From: Candidatus Hydrothermus pacificus
GTDB lineage: Bacteria; Hydrothermota; Hydrothermia; Hydrothermales; Hydrothermaceae
Assembly (NCBI GenBank): GCA_002011615.1
Contig: MTOH01000008.1
Span: 6,460-70,459, forward strand
Direction: 5' to 3'
DNA length: 64,000 bases
A model generated the notes under the pieces. The model did no database searches. It was not told the origin of the DNA and worked only from the letters and a program-made list of their open reading frames with translations. Below, piece after piece: positions 30,359 through 39,850 of this stretch. How positions within the stretch are numbered: the stretch's first letter is position 1; each line of letters begins with the position of its first letter. The translations under genes and the position numbers were made by a program.

Positions 30359-30666
30359 ATTTTATTTATGAACTCAATGGTTAACCCATCACCTTTATAC
30401 ATTATCAGTACTTATATTTCCACAATTATTCCTTTAAGTTTTCGGATAGCATTATAATTATAATGAAAAAGAAAAGTCATATCAAATTTTAGTAAAAAAT
30501 TATACATACTTTTTATCCATGTCTTTATATAAAGGGCAAACCCTATAAACTTATAAATCACTTTTCTATTCTTTATAACATACTTATAGGAAATTGCACT
30601 CGCAGGTCCATACAAAAATTTAACTTTTTATTCTTGTTAGATGTTTGATTAAATAATTTAAAAAAT

Positions 30667-30696
30667 TTGACTTTTCCAGCCAGGATATATTATAAT
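30667..30696 (+). promoter_or_regulatory. Sigma-70-like promoter (TTGACT, 18-nt spacer, TATAAT) for the MarR-like gene
   Basis: Near-consensus −35/−10 hexamers read directly. The −10 ends about 16 nt before the ATG at 30713. Confidence 0.4.
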
Positions 30697-30712
30697 TAGA
30701 ATTCCTAATAAA

Positions 30713-31321
30713 ATGAAAAACACCGATGAAAAAATAATTCATCTTCTGGATAAGGTTTTACAGATTACAAGGTATATTCAATGGCAGATAAATAAAAAAA
30801 CAGGTATTTCTCCTTTAAGTGCCCAGATAATAGAGTACCTGGGGAATGCTTCCCGGGATTTAAGAACCCCTGCAAAAATTGCAGAGGAACTTGGCATCAC
30901 AAGACCAACTGTTACAGAGGCATTAAAATCACTCATTAAAAAAGGCTATATAAAGGAAAAGGTCAGCCCCAAGGATAAGAGGTTTAAAATTCTTTATCTA
31001 ACAGAGAAAGGGAAAAAGCTTTTAAAGAATTCAAATCTAAACTACAAAGATATATTAAAGAAGTCTATTAAAAATACTGATAAGGCTCAAAAAGAAAATT
31101 TATTTTATTCCCTTATAAACTTTGTTGCGGATTTAAATAAAAGGGGAATACTTCCCATTGCAAGAATATGTTTTAATTGTAAAAATTTTGAAAAAAATAA
31201 ATTTGAGGGCTCAAAAAAGCCCCATTATTGTAAACTTTTAAAACAGAGAATGGGTAATTTTGATTTAAATGTTAACTGTGAGGAGAATTTAAAAAGGAGG
31301 TCTTTATGGGTAAAAAAATGA
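30713..31321 (+). CDS. MarR-family winged-helix regulator with C-terminal Cys-rich extension
   Basis: wHTH region (AKIAEELGITRPTVTEALKSLIKKGYI) plus C-terminal CFNCKNF...HYCK...NCEE. Its end overlaps the cytochrome gene start. Confidence 0.65.
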   Translation: MKNTDEKIIHLLDKVLQITRYIQWQINKKTGISPLSAQIIEYLGNASRDLRTPAKIAEELGITRPTVTEALKSLIKKGYIKEKVSPKDKRFKILYLTEKGKKLLKNSNLNYKDILKKSIKNTDKAQKENLFYSLINFVADLNKRGILPIARICFNCKNFEKNKFEGSKKPHYCKLLKQRMGNFDLNVNCEENLKRRSLWVKK

Positions 31322-32511
31322 TGTATGTGCTTATAATTGCGGGATTTTTTATCCCGCAGGCTCTGAAAGCGAGTAAATGTGTAACCTGTCATAAAAAAAT
31401 AACACCAAGAATTGTTCAGCAGTGGAAAGAAAGCAAACATTCAAAGAATGATGTTGATTGCTCTGTGTGTCACGGTGAACACAGCAAAGGGATAAAGGAT
31501 ATAGACAAATTGAAAATGCCAACTCCTGAAACCTGTGCTCAGTGTCATGAGGAAAGGGTTAAAGAGTTTAAAGCAGGGAAGCATGCCCTTGCATGGGTGG
31601 CAATGAAGGCAATGCCAATGGTGATGCATCAGCCAATGCAGATAGCAGGCGAAAGAGGATTTAAAGGATGTTCGGGATGTCATAAAATAGGTTTAAAAAC
31701 AGAAGAAGAGATAAAGGAGGGTAAATTCAGATATGGGTCAGGTTCCTGTGATGCATGCCATACAAGGCATAAATTTTCAGTGGAAGAAGCAAAGGACCCG
31801 AGAGCATGCAGAACATGCCATATGGGATTTGACCATCCTCAATGGGAAATGTGGTCAACCTCAAAACACGGAACAATATGGGAAATTGAAGGCAATACTG
31901 GAAGAGCACCAACATGCCAGACCTGTCATATGGTAAATGGGAACCATGCGGTTATGACCGCCTGGGGATTCTTAGCGTTGAGAGTTCCTGAAGATGATAA
32001 AGAATGGTGGAATGATAGAGTAACAATCCTTCAGGCACTTGGTGTTCTTGATGAAAAGGGAAATCCTACAGAGAGATTTGAGGCGGTTAAACTTGCCAAG
32101 GTTGCAAGACTTACAAAAGAAGACTGGCAAAAAGAAAGGGATAAGATGATAAAAGTCTGTTCAAAATGTCATTCAAAAACATATGCAAAAGAACAACTTG
32201 AATCAGCTGATAAAGTTCTCAGGGAAGCAGATAAACTTATGGCAGAAGCAATAAGAACCGTAAAAGAACTCTATAAAAAAGGAACTTTAAAGACACCCAA
32301 GGGATGGAGATATGTTCCTGACCTCTTGCAGTTCTATGAGGCAAAGACATCAATTGAGCAGGAACTTTATGTTATGTTTCTTGAGTACAGAATGAGAACA
32401 TTCCAGGGTGCCTTTCACATGAATCCCGATTACATGCACTGGTACGGATGGGCAAAGATGAAAGAATCGCTTCAGAAAATAGAGGATGAAGCAGAGAAAT
32501 TAAAGAAATAA
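31306..32511 (+). CDS. Octahaem c-type cytochrome (epsilon-Hao / octahaem nitrite reductase-like)
   Basis: Signal peptide plus eight CxxCH motifs (CVTCH, CSVCH, CAQCH, CSGCH, CDACH, CRTCH, CQTCH, CSKCH) in 401 aa. Confidence 0.8.
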   Translation: MGKKMMYVLIIAGFFIPQALKASKCVTCHKKITPRIVQQWKESKHSKNDVDCSVCHGEHSKGIKDIDKLKMPTPETCAQCHEERVKEFKAGKHALAWVAMKAMPMVMHQPMQIAGERGFKGCSGCHKIGLKTEEEIKEGKFRYGSGSCDACHTRHKFSVEEAKDPRACRTCHMGFDHPQWEMWSTSKHGTIWEIEGNTGRAPTCQTCHMVNGNHAVMTAWGFLALRVPEDDKEWWNDRVTILQALGVLDEKGNPTERFEAVKLAKVARLTKEDWQKERDKMIKVCSKCHSKTYAKEQLESADKVLREADKLMAEAIRTVKELYKKGTLKTPKGWRYVPDLLQFYEAKTSIEQELYVMFLEYRMRTFQGAFHMNPDYMHWYGWAKMKESLQKIEDEAEKLKK

Positions 32512-32563
32512 AAAATTAATTTTAAAAACAAAGAAAACTTCAATTCCTTTATAATATATAGTT

Positions 32564-33352
32564 ATGAATTTTCTTGCTGATTTATTCTTAAAAATATCGG
32601 GTGGAAATATAATACTTCTCGGGCTTTATGGAGGAATTGTAATCACCCTTTTGAATATGATAGGGGCACTTCTTGTGCTCTTTTTTACAAAAGTATCTCA
32701 GAAACTTATGGATGCAATGCTCGGTTTTGCAGCAGGAATTATGCTCGCAGCAAGTTTCACCAGTTTAATTCTTCCAGGGATTGAAATAGGCGGTGTTCTA
32801 CCTGTTCTTGCAGGAGTTTTGATAGGAGCATTTATAATGGATTTAGGAGACCATTTAATCCCCCATATGCATTTTATAAAGGGAAAAGAAGGGATTAAAT
32901 CAGAGAGATTAAAGGCTGTCTGGCTCTTTATAATAGCAATAACCCTTCACAATATGCCAGAAGGGCTTGCAGTTGGGGTTGGATTTGGTTCAGGGAAATT
33001 AAAAGAAGCAATAGTTTTGATGATGGCAATAGGGATTCAGAATATTCCCGAGGGATTTTCAGTCGCAATATCTTCTATGAGTGCTGGATTCGGGAAAAGA
33101 TTTTATGCTGCGGTTGTAGGAATAAGGGCGGGGCTTGTTGAAATACCCCTTGCAATTCTGGGAGCCTGGCTTGTAAGTGTAATGAAGGCAGTCTTGCCCT
33201 ATGCAATGGGATTTGCAGCAGGAGCAATGCTCTATGTAATAAGTGATGAAATAGTCCCTGAAACCCATAGAAAAGGGCATGAAAGACTCGCAACCTTTGG
33301 AACAATACTTGGCGTTGTTGTTATGCTTTATTTAGATATTGCTCTGGGATAA
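32564..33352 (+). CDS. ZIP-family metal cation transporter (ZupT/GufA-like)
   Basis: 8 TM helices with the HNMPEGLAVG and EGF.V ZIP signatures. Confidence 0.85.
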   Translation: MNFLADLFLKISGGNIILLGLYGGIVITLLNMIGALLVLFFTKVSQKLMDAMLGFAAGIMLAASFTSLILPGIEIGGVLPVLAGVLIGAFIMDLGDHLIPHMHFIKGKEGIKSERLKAVWLFIIAITLHNMPEGLAVGVGFGSGKLKEAIVLMMAIGIQNIPEGFSVAISSMSAGFGKRFYAAVVGIRAGLVEIPLAILGAWLVSVMKAVLPYAMGFAAGAMLYVISDEIVPETHRKGHERLATFGTILGVVVMLYLDIALG

Positions 33353-33436
33353 TAAAACTGTATTCTGCCCTTTACTTTATCATAATATCCTATCGTTTAT
33401 AATTATTTTTGACCATTCTCAATTATTCTTTTATAT

Positions 33437-34414
33437 TCACAAATTCCCTTCCTCTATATCTTTTTTAACTCGCTCCTCTATCCATTTATATGTTATTTCA
33501 AGCCCTTTCTTTATCGTGTATCCCGGTTTCCAGCCAAGGGAATATATTTTCTCATGGCTGAAGTTCCTTGATTGAACTCCTACAGGACCTGAAACCCATT
33601 TTACATTTAATTTCACTCCTGCTATTTCAAATATCATATCAACAAGTTCCTTTACAGAAATATATTCTTCTGTCCCTATATTTACAGGTTCCTCAACATC
33701 TGATTGCATCAACATATAAACTGCAGATACAAGGTCATCTACATATACATAATTTCTTATTGCACTTCCATCACCCCAAACCTCTATATGGTCCTCGCCT
33801 TTTAACTTTGCGGTTGCAACCTTCCGGCATATTGCAGCAGGAGCTTTTTCTCTCCCTCCTTTATATGTGCCCTCAGGTCCAAAACAATTTTCAAATCTTG
33901 CTATTCTAACCTTCATTCCATAACGCTTTGCATAAGATAGAGCAACCCTTTCTGAGTATAGTTTTTCCCAGCCATATTCATTATCGGGCATTGCAGGATA
34001 AGCATCTTTTTCATACAGTTTTGGTTCACCGGGTTCCATATCACGGTAAATACATACAGAGGATGAAAAAAAATACCTTTGAATTTCCATTTCTGCAGAT
34101 GTTTTTATCATATAAATGTTTATAAGAACATTATTTGTGAGTGTTTCACATTCTGCCCATGAGATAAAACCCATGCCTCCCATATCTGCGGCGAGTTGAT
34201 AGACTTCATCAAACTTGCCTTCATGAAGGGTCAATGCTTTTTTGCAATTTTCAGGTTCTCTTAAATCCAGAATCAGAAATTCATCAGCCTGTGTTGGAGA
34301 GAATTCAGGATACTTTAAATCAACACCCCTCACCCAGTATCCTTTGTTTTTTAAACACTTCACAAGATGATGACCTATAAATCCACCAGCGCCACAAACA
34401 AGTGCTTTTTTCAT
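33437..34414 (-). CDS. NAD-dependent nucleotide-sugar epimerase/dehydratase (GDP-mannose 3,5-epimerase-like)
   Basis: GAGGFIGHHL Rossmann motif and a Y..K catalytic dyad. Size is 325 aa. Confidence 0.8.
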   Translation of the reverse strand: MKKALVCGAGGFIGHHLVKCLKNKGYWVRGVDLKYPEFSPTQADEFLILDLREPENCKKALTLHEGKFDEVYQLAADMGGMGFISWAECETLTNNVLINIYMIKTSAEMEIQRYFFSSSVCIYRDMEPGEPKLYEKDAYPAMPDNEYGWEKLYSERVALSYAKRYGMKVRIARFENCFGPEGTYKGGREKAPAAICRKVATAKLKGEDHIEVWGDGSAIRNYVYVDDLVSAVYMLMQSDVEEPVNIGTEEYISVKELVDMIFEIAGVKLNVKWVSGPVGVQSRNFSHEKIYSLGWKPGYTIKKGLEITYKWIEERVKKDIEEGNL

Positions 34415-34536
34415 TAAACCTCCTTTTTCGTATTTATTGCGTTAGCCTTGTTAATTAATTTCAAATTTAGCAACCCGAATTTTTCCTCTCCTCTTCCAGT
34501 TTTCTTACCCCCTGCCCTTCCTATTAAGGAATGGGA

Positions 34537-34563
34537 GATTTTGTGAGCAGGTTGTTATTTTAC
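34537..34563 (-). promoter_or_regulatory. Polysaccharide-locus leader core motif, copy 1 (GATTTTGTGAGCAGGTTGTTATTTTAC on + strand)
   Basis: 27–28-nt element present 4 times in the window. Each copy is in the 5' region of a minus-strand polysaccharide gene. This copy is about 125–150 nt upstream of the epimerase start. Confidence 0.45.
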
Positions 34564-34583
34564 TCATCCACCCATTCATTCAT

Positions 34584-35957
34584 CTACCCATCAACCATTT
34601 CTTCAAATTTATACAACATAAGATTTGGAGGACGGGTTTTGCTTAACTCAGGAGAAAAACCGGATAGAGAGAAAAAAGCATAGTAAATTTTTTTAACTTT
34701 GAGCGGAAATTTCTTTGATTTCTCACACAGCTTTTTGAAATCTTTTTCATTAACGGGTTTATTACTGTATTTGCATTCCCCGAGAAGAAACTCTTTATCT
34801 CCGATAAGAACAATATCAATTTCCAGATTTCCGTCCCAGAAACTTCCTGCTTTTTTGAATTTAAAAGGAATGAGATGGGGTCTCTGATTGATAATTTGTA
34901 ATATTACCTCTTCAAATATTTTACCCATATAGGTATCAAAATCTCTTTTTATAAAGTTTAACAATTCACCGCTTCTACCGGTTTCTATAAGATGGGAGTT
35001 ACCGAATACATACCTGAACCAGAATCTGAAGAAGTAATCTTTTATGATATAAATTCCCTTTCTTGATTTTCGTTTTCTCTCGGTAACCGGAATTTTTCTT
35101 TCTACTAAATCCATTTCCTGAAGAGAAGAAAGGTGTTTTGAAACAACACGGGAATCGGTATGCATGGAAGAGGATATTTCGGATAGTTTTACCTTCCCTT
35201 CTCCTATGCTTTTCATAATTGTAAAATAACCGAAAGGTGACCTTATCTCTTCAGGAAGTATGATTTGGGGTTCCATATACAGGGGAGAGATGGGATTCAA
35301 GAGTTTTTCTTTTATATTTTCCCATAGAGTTTTTTTTATGTCTATCTCAAGGATATACCTGGGGGTACCTCCGAATACCCCGTAAAATCTGAGAAGAGTT
35401 TTATAATCATGACCGGGAAAAAATTTTATAAAATCAAGAAATTTGAAGGGTAAGATTTTCAGCTGTCCTGTTCTTCTGCCATAAAGAGGATGGGCATAGG
35501 AATTTATCATCTTTTCCATCATTGAAATATGGGAACCGCAAAGAATTATCATTATTTTTTTGTCTTTTAAATGCAGGTCCCATACTTTCTGTAAAATAGA
35601 ATCTATGGATGGCTCAACGATCCGAAGATAGGGATATTCATCAATTATAAGTAATATTTTTTGTTTTATTTTTTGCGAAATATACCTGAAAATAGGTTCA
35701 AAGGAATCAAATTTACTTTCTCTGAATACAGAATCTTTGAAGAAATCTGCCACTGTTTCCTTAAAGGAGTTTATCTGATACATCCTATCGGTAAGGTCTG
35801 CAATATAAAAAATAGCGGGTTTTCTCTTGGAAAATGTTTTAAGAAGTTCGGTTTTACCCACCCTTCTCCTTCCCCACATTATTATAAGACTGGATCTGCT
35901 TGAAAGATATTCCTTCTCCAGAAAATCAATCTCGGCTTCTCGATTTATAAATTTCAT
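34584..35957 (-). CDS. AAA ATPase (archaeal-ATPase PF01637-like) with C-terminal DUF234 domain
   Basis: Walker A GRRRVGKTEL near the N-terminus. A Walker B LLIIDEYP motif follows. Size is 457 aa. Confidence 0.7.
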   Translation of the reverse strand: MKFINREAEIDFLEKEYLSSRSSLIIMWGRRRVGKTELLKTFSKRKPAIFYIADLTDRMYQINSFKETVADFFKDSVFRESKFDSFEPIFRYISQKIKQKILLIIDEYPYLRIVEPSIDSILQKVWDLHLKDKKIMIILCGSHISMMEKMINSYAHPLYGRRTGQLKILPFKFLDFIKFFPGHDYKTLLRFYGVFGGTPRYILEIDIKKTLWENIKEKLLNPISPLYMEPQIILPEEIRSPFGYFTIMKSIGEGKVKLSEISSSMHTDSRVVSKHLSSLQEMDLVERKIPVTERKRKSRKGIYIIKDYFFRFWFRYVFGNSHLIETGRSGELLNFIKRDFDTYMGKIFEEVILQIINQRPHLIPFKFKKAGSFWDGNLEIDIVLIGDKEFLLGECKYSNKPVNEKDFKKLCEKSKKFPLKVKKIYYAFFSLSGFSPELSKTRPPNLMLYKFEEMVDG

Positions 35958-36016
35958 AATATGAGTAGACTAATTATAATATGAAAAAGGGGTAAATTGC
36001 AACATTTGAGTTAATT

Positions 36017-36070
36017 GCGTTTATCGTGTTTATTGGGTTTATTGAGTTTATTGCGTTTTTTGGGTTTTGC
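36017..36070. repeat. Six tandem 9-nt repeats GNGTTTATT immediately 3' of the BY-kinase gene
   Basis: Units gcgtttatc/gtgtttatt/gggtttatt/gagtttatt/gcgtttttt/gggttttgc read directly. The same family recurs in-frame inside the kinase gene at 36484..36546. Confidence 0.5.
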
Positions 36071-36128
36071 ATTTCGCAATCCGAAATCCAAATTTCCTTT
36101 TCATCCTTTCACCCTTTCACCCATTCCC

Positions 36129-37361
36129 TTATTTTGCTTTTTCCCCATAATATTTACTGTAATATTTGTAATGGTAATAGTAGTAATAGCTTCCTCTTTT
36201 TTTGGGGACTGCGTTCATCACAACCCCTATTATTTCTGCTCTTGAGGCAAGAAGGATATCCCTTGCATCTTCAAGTTCTTTGAAGTTTGTTTTTCCGTAT
36301 CTTGCTGTTATTAACACTCCATCAGCATAAAGGGCAAGATATGCTGCATCTGCGAAAAGAAGAACAGGAACACCGTCTATGATTATATAGTCATATTCTT
36401 TTTTTAAGGTATGTATTAACTCCTTCATTTTTTCTGACTGGAGAAAGATGAAGGGATTTGGAGGGATGTTTCCAACAGGTAAAGCGTTAATCGCGTTTAT
36501 TGAGTTTGTTGGGTTTTCAGGGTTTATTGCGTTATTTGCGTTTTTTGTGGGAGTGAGGGTGATGACGGCTTCTTTGAGGTCTATTTCACCTTTTAATACA
36601 TCAAAGAGTCCTTCTTCTTTTTTGAGTTTTGTTATATCGGTTAAGTGTCCTTTTTTCTTTCTGAAATCGGTATCAACTACTATTATTTTTTTGCCCACCT
36701 GAGAAAGGACTGCGGAAAGGTTTAAGGCAACAAAGGTTTTTCCTTCTTCAGGGCCCAGGGAAGTTACATATATTACTTTATATTTTTTCTCAGGATGGGC
36801 AAATTCAAGGTTTATTGAGAGCTTTCTGAAGGCTTCAAATTCTCCTGATGATGAATCCTGAGAGAATATTTTTAATTCTTCACTTAATTTTTCTCTTCTT
36901 ATTAAATCGGTTATTTTTCTTTTTTCTCTATCAGCAAGGGGTATTGAGGCAAATACGGGTAATCCTGTTCTTGCTTTTACAAGGTCGGGGGCTTTTACTG
37001 TATTGTCAATGTATTCTGCTATGAAGACAGCAAAACCTCCTACAAGGAGGCTTATTATGAAAGAGAGCAGAAGAATTAAAAGGGGTTTTTTTGCATTTAC
37101 AGGTTTTGGAGATATGATGGGGGGGTTTATTATTTTTAAATCACTTGTTACACCCGCCTCTTTTACCCTTATTTCTTCAAGTTTTTCTGCAAAAAAGGTG
37201 TAGAGTTTTTCTGCTGTTTCTTTATCTCTTTCAAGTCTTGCAAGTTCTACTTCGTCCTGAGGAACATCTTTGAGTCTCACCTGCAAAAGAGCTATCTGGT
37301 TTTTTACGCTCTGTATCTCTGTTTTTATTGAGGACATCCTTTTTGTTATTTCTTCTTTCAT
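36129..37361 (-). CDS. Polysaccharide co-polymerase coiled-coil/TM2 region fused to bacterial tyrosine (BY) autokinase (Wzc C-terminal part)
   Basis: Coiled coil, TM helix, P-loop GKTFVALNLSAVLSQ, Walker B VVDTD and a C-terminal tyrosine cluster SYYYYYHYKYYSKYY. It contains the NAINPENPTNSINAINA low-complexity insert. Confidence 0.8.
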   Translation of the reverse strand: MKEEITKRMSSIKTEIQSVKNQIALLQVRLKDVPQDEVELARLERDKETAEKLYTFFAEKLEEIRVKEAGVTSDLKIINPPIISPKPVNAKKPLLILLLSFIISLLVGGFAVFIAEYIDNTVKAPDLVKARTGLPVFASIPLADREKRKITDLIRREKLSEELKIFSQDSSSGEFEAFRKLSINLEFAHPEKKYKVIYVTSLGPEEGKTFVALNLSAVLSQVGKKIIVVDTDFRKKKGHLTDITKLKKEEGLFDVLKGEIDLKEAVITLTPTKNANNAINPENPTNSINAINALPVGNIPPNPFIFLQSEKMKELIHTLKKEYDYIIIDGVPVLLFADAAYLALYADGVLITARYGKTNFKELEDARDILLASRAEIIGVVMNAVPKKRGSYYYYYHYKYYSKYYGEKAK

Positions 37362-37441
37362 CTGTTCTTTTAAACCCTCAAGTTGTGCTTTTATTTCAAG
37401 AACTTTTGGGTGGGAGGAGGAGTATTCTTTTAAGAGCCCTT

Positions 37442-38623
37442 TTAACCGGGCTTCAACCTGTAGAAGCTCTGTAAAACAGGGTCTGATACAAGGGCAACTG
37501 CAAAGTTCAGGGTTGTATCACCTGAATGACCTGATGCGAGGTATTCGCCAAGGTCTTTAAGTATTTTTTGTTCTATTTCCAGTTGATTTTTTCTTGATTC
37601 AAGCTGGGAAACCTGTGAAATGAGGCTCTGGGTGGAGGCTCTTAAATCCGCAATTCTCTTTTTTTCTTTGAAATCTTTGATTTTTTCCTCAAGTTCTGTG
37701 AGTTTTTGTTGATAAAGGGAAAGCTGGGACCCCACGAATTCTCTTGATTGAATGAACTGCAATGATTTTTCTTTTATATCTTCTTTTATTATCTGGTCAG
37801 ATAGGACCTGTGCTATTTTTAATGCATCTTCAGGATTTCCCCAGTAAACGTTTATCCTTAATATTCCTATCAGGTTTAGACCAGGGAATATTGTTCTTGC
37901 GGTTACCAGTTTTTTTGAGGCTGCCTCACCTGAAAAGGGGACACCACCGAAACCAACTTCTTTTTCTATTTTGTCTGCTTCAAGAACTTTTATTGAGAGG
38001 GAATTTCTTAATGAAAGGGCTACTTTCTTTTTGGGATAAAAGGTGACTTTGAATTCTTTTCGAAGTTTTTTCTCCTCTGATTTTTCAAGGGGAATTATCC
38101 TGAATTTTAAAACTCCAAGGTTTATGTATTCTTCAACAATTCCTTCCTTTATTTTTCTGCCCTTTTCATCGTAAACCTCTACATTTTTTCCATCTATCTT
38201 TATTTTTAAAGGTCCTATCGGGTCTTTGAAGTTGTAAAGGATTTTTGTCTGAACTTTTATGTCACTGACTCCATCTTTTACATGGGCATAAAGGGAAAGG
38301 CTGTCAACAACTTTTTCTGCAAGATTTGTTGATAAGAGGTTTGATATTATTCTCTGGGTTACTGTTCCTATCTGGATTGTAGGCGTTTCGGATGCTGGTG
38401 AGAAAAAGGCTTCCATAGGTTTTTCCTCTGATATTCCAATGTCAAAGGTTGCAAGATAGATGGGGGTGTGGGGTCTTAAAAACTGGAAAAGGATTATTGC
38501 AATGAAAAGGATAAGGGAAACAGAAAAGAAAAGTCCTTTCCTCCTCAGGAATATGTTTAATATATCCCTGAGGGTTATTTCTTTTTCTTCATAAAAATTT
38601 TCTTTAATTTCTTTCATTTGCAT
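37442..38623 (-). CDS. Wzz/chain-length-determinant periplasmic domain protein (Wzc N-terminal part)
   Basis: N-terminal TM helix and a periplasmic Wzz-like domain. The reading frame of the downstream kinase ORF stays open back across this stop, so the two ORFs read as one frameshifted wzc-like gene. Confidence 0.7.
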   Translation of the reverse strand: MQMKEIKENFYEEKEITLRDILNIFLRRKGLFFSVSLILFIAIILFQFLRPHTPIYLATFDIGISEEKPMEAFFSPASETPTIQIGTVTQRIISNLLSTNLAEKVVDSLSLYAHVKDGVSDIKVQTKILYNFKDPIGPLKIKIDGKNVEVYDEKGRKIKEGIVEEYINLGVLKFRIIPLEKSEEKKLRKEFKVTFYPKKKVALSLRNSLSIKVLEADKIEKEVGFGGVPFSGEAASKKLVTARTIFPGLNLIGILRINVYWGNPEDALKIAQVLSDQIIKEDIKEKSLQFIQSREFVGSQLSLYQQKLTELEEKIKDFKEKKRIADLRASTQSLISQVSQLESRKNQLEIEQKILKDLGEYLASGHSGDTTLNFAVALVSDPVLQSFYRLKPG

Positions 38624-38642
38624 TACTTGCGTTTATAGAGAA

Positions 38643-38670
38643 GATTTTGTGGGCAGGTTGTTGTTTTATT
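38643..38670 (-). promoter_or_regulatory. Polysaccharide-locus leader core motif, copy 2 (GATTTTGTGGGCAGGTTGTTGTTTTATT)
   Basis: Begins about 20 nt upstream of the Wzz-domain gene start and is flanked by a GTGAATGGATAAATGAAT purine tract. Confidence 0.45.
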
Positions 38671-39812
38671 CATTTATCCATTCACCATTTTCTTCTCTAC
38701 TTAACAATTTTCTCATTCCAAGGTATAATAAATAGGGTTCTTTTAAAAGCATCTGGAAGAAGAATTTTCTTGCCCTGTCTCTTGAAAGATGATAGAATAT
38801 TGATTTAAGTTTTTTTGAAACTTTTAAAAGAAGCCTGTCATATTCGTCATTATTCATTTTTGAAAGGACTTTCCTTATGTAAAAGTGTATGTCCATTTCC
38901 CTTTTTAAGTTTTTATAAAGTTCTTTTAAACTCCTGTTTTCTGAGATTGCACGGGAGGTTACGAAGGCGCCCCAGAAACCCGTGAAGGTTCCTCCAACTG
39001 TTGTCATTTTTACCTGAAAACCTGCATCTCCCACCAGAAAGGCTTTTATACCGTTAAAGTGGACTTCGGGGCAGAAGGAAGGTTCATAACAGGATGTGAA
39101 ACCCTCTTCATACTCTATTACTTCAAAATTTCTTTCTTTTAAAAATTGGTCAAGTTTTTGTCTCACATTTTCTTCATCTGCGCACAAACCACAAACTCCT
39201 GTTTTTTTTTGAGTCAGGTATCAGCCATATGAAGTAATCGGTAAATCTTTTGTCAAACCATATTTTTACAACATCTGAGTTTGATTCAGGAGGTAATGCA
39301 ATTTTTGCCTGAATGAGATGGATTTTTTTGGGAGTTATGTGAAAGCTTTTCGCAACCCTGCTCTGCACACCATCTGCGCCAACTATGGCGCTGACTTCAA
39401 AGTGTTCTTTTTTGTCGGTTCCCTTTAATTTGAACTCGGTTATTGTTTTTTTTCGGTCATTAAAAATTTTTATAAATTCTCTGCCTTTGAGTAAAGAAAC
39501 TCCTTTTGAAATTGCAATTTTTTCAAGGTATTTTATTAAATCGCTCCTTTGAATAACAAGGTCTGGTTCTTTCAAGGGAATCGTGATTTTTTGATTCTTT
39601 GAAAAGATTTCAAAAGTTTTTACCCTGTTTAAGACGAGGTTCTCTGGTATGTGGAGAAAGCTGGAAACTTCGGGCGTTATTATAAGAGTTCTTTTTGAGG
39701 GAACCTGGTTATCATCTCTTTTTTCAAAAACAATTGATTTTATGCCCCTTCTGGCAAGACTTATGCCTGTATATAAACCACTGCTCGAAGCACCGATGAT
39801 TATTGCATTCAT
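38666..39812 (-). CDS. FAD-dependent oxidoreductase of the geranylgeranyl-reductase family, interrupted by an apparent frameshift
   Basis: The N-terminal ORF (39174..39812) has the FAD-binding IIGASSSGLYTG motif. The C-terminal ORF (38666..39187) has VGDAGFQVKMTTVGG, the GDAxG motif. The frames meet at an A9 coding-strand homopolymer. Confidence 0.6.
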
Positions 39813-39850
39813 TTTGCCCTATTTTGACACCCCGGGGGTGTAAATGGGCT

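Noticed and set aside
30412-30615. 67-aa minus-strand ORF in the Pdg–MarR intergenic region
   Set aside because: AT-rich and low-complexity, with no RBS. The region more plausibly holds the MarR promoter. Likely spurious.
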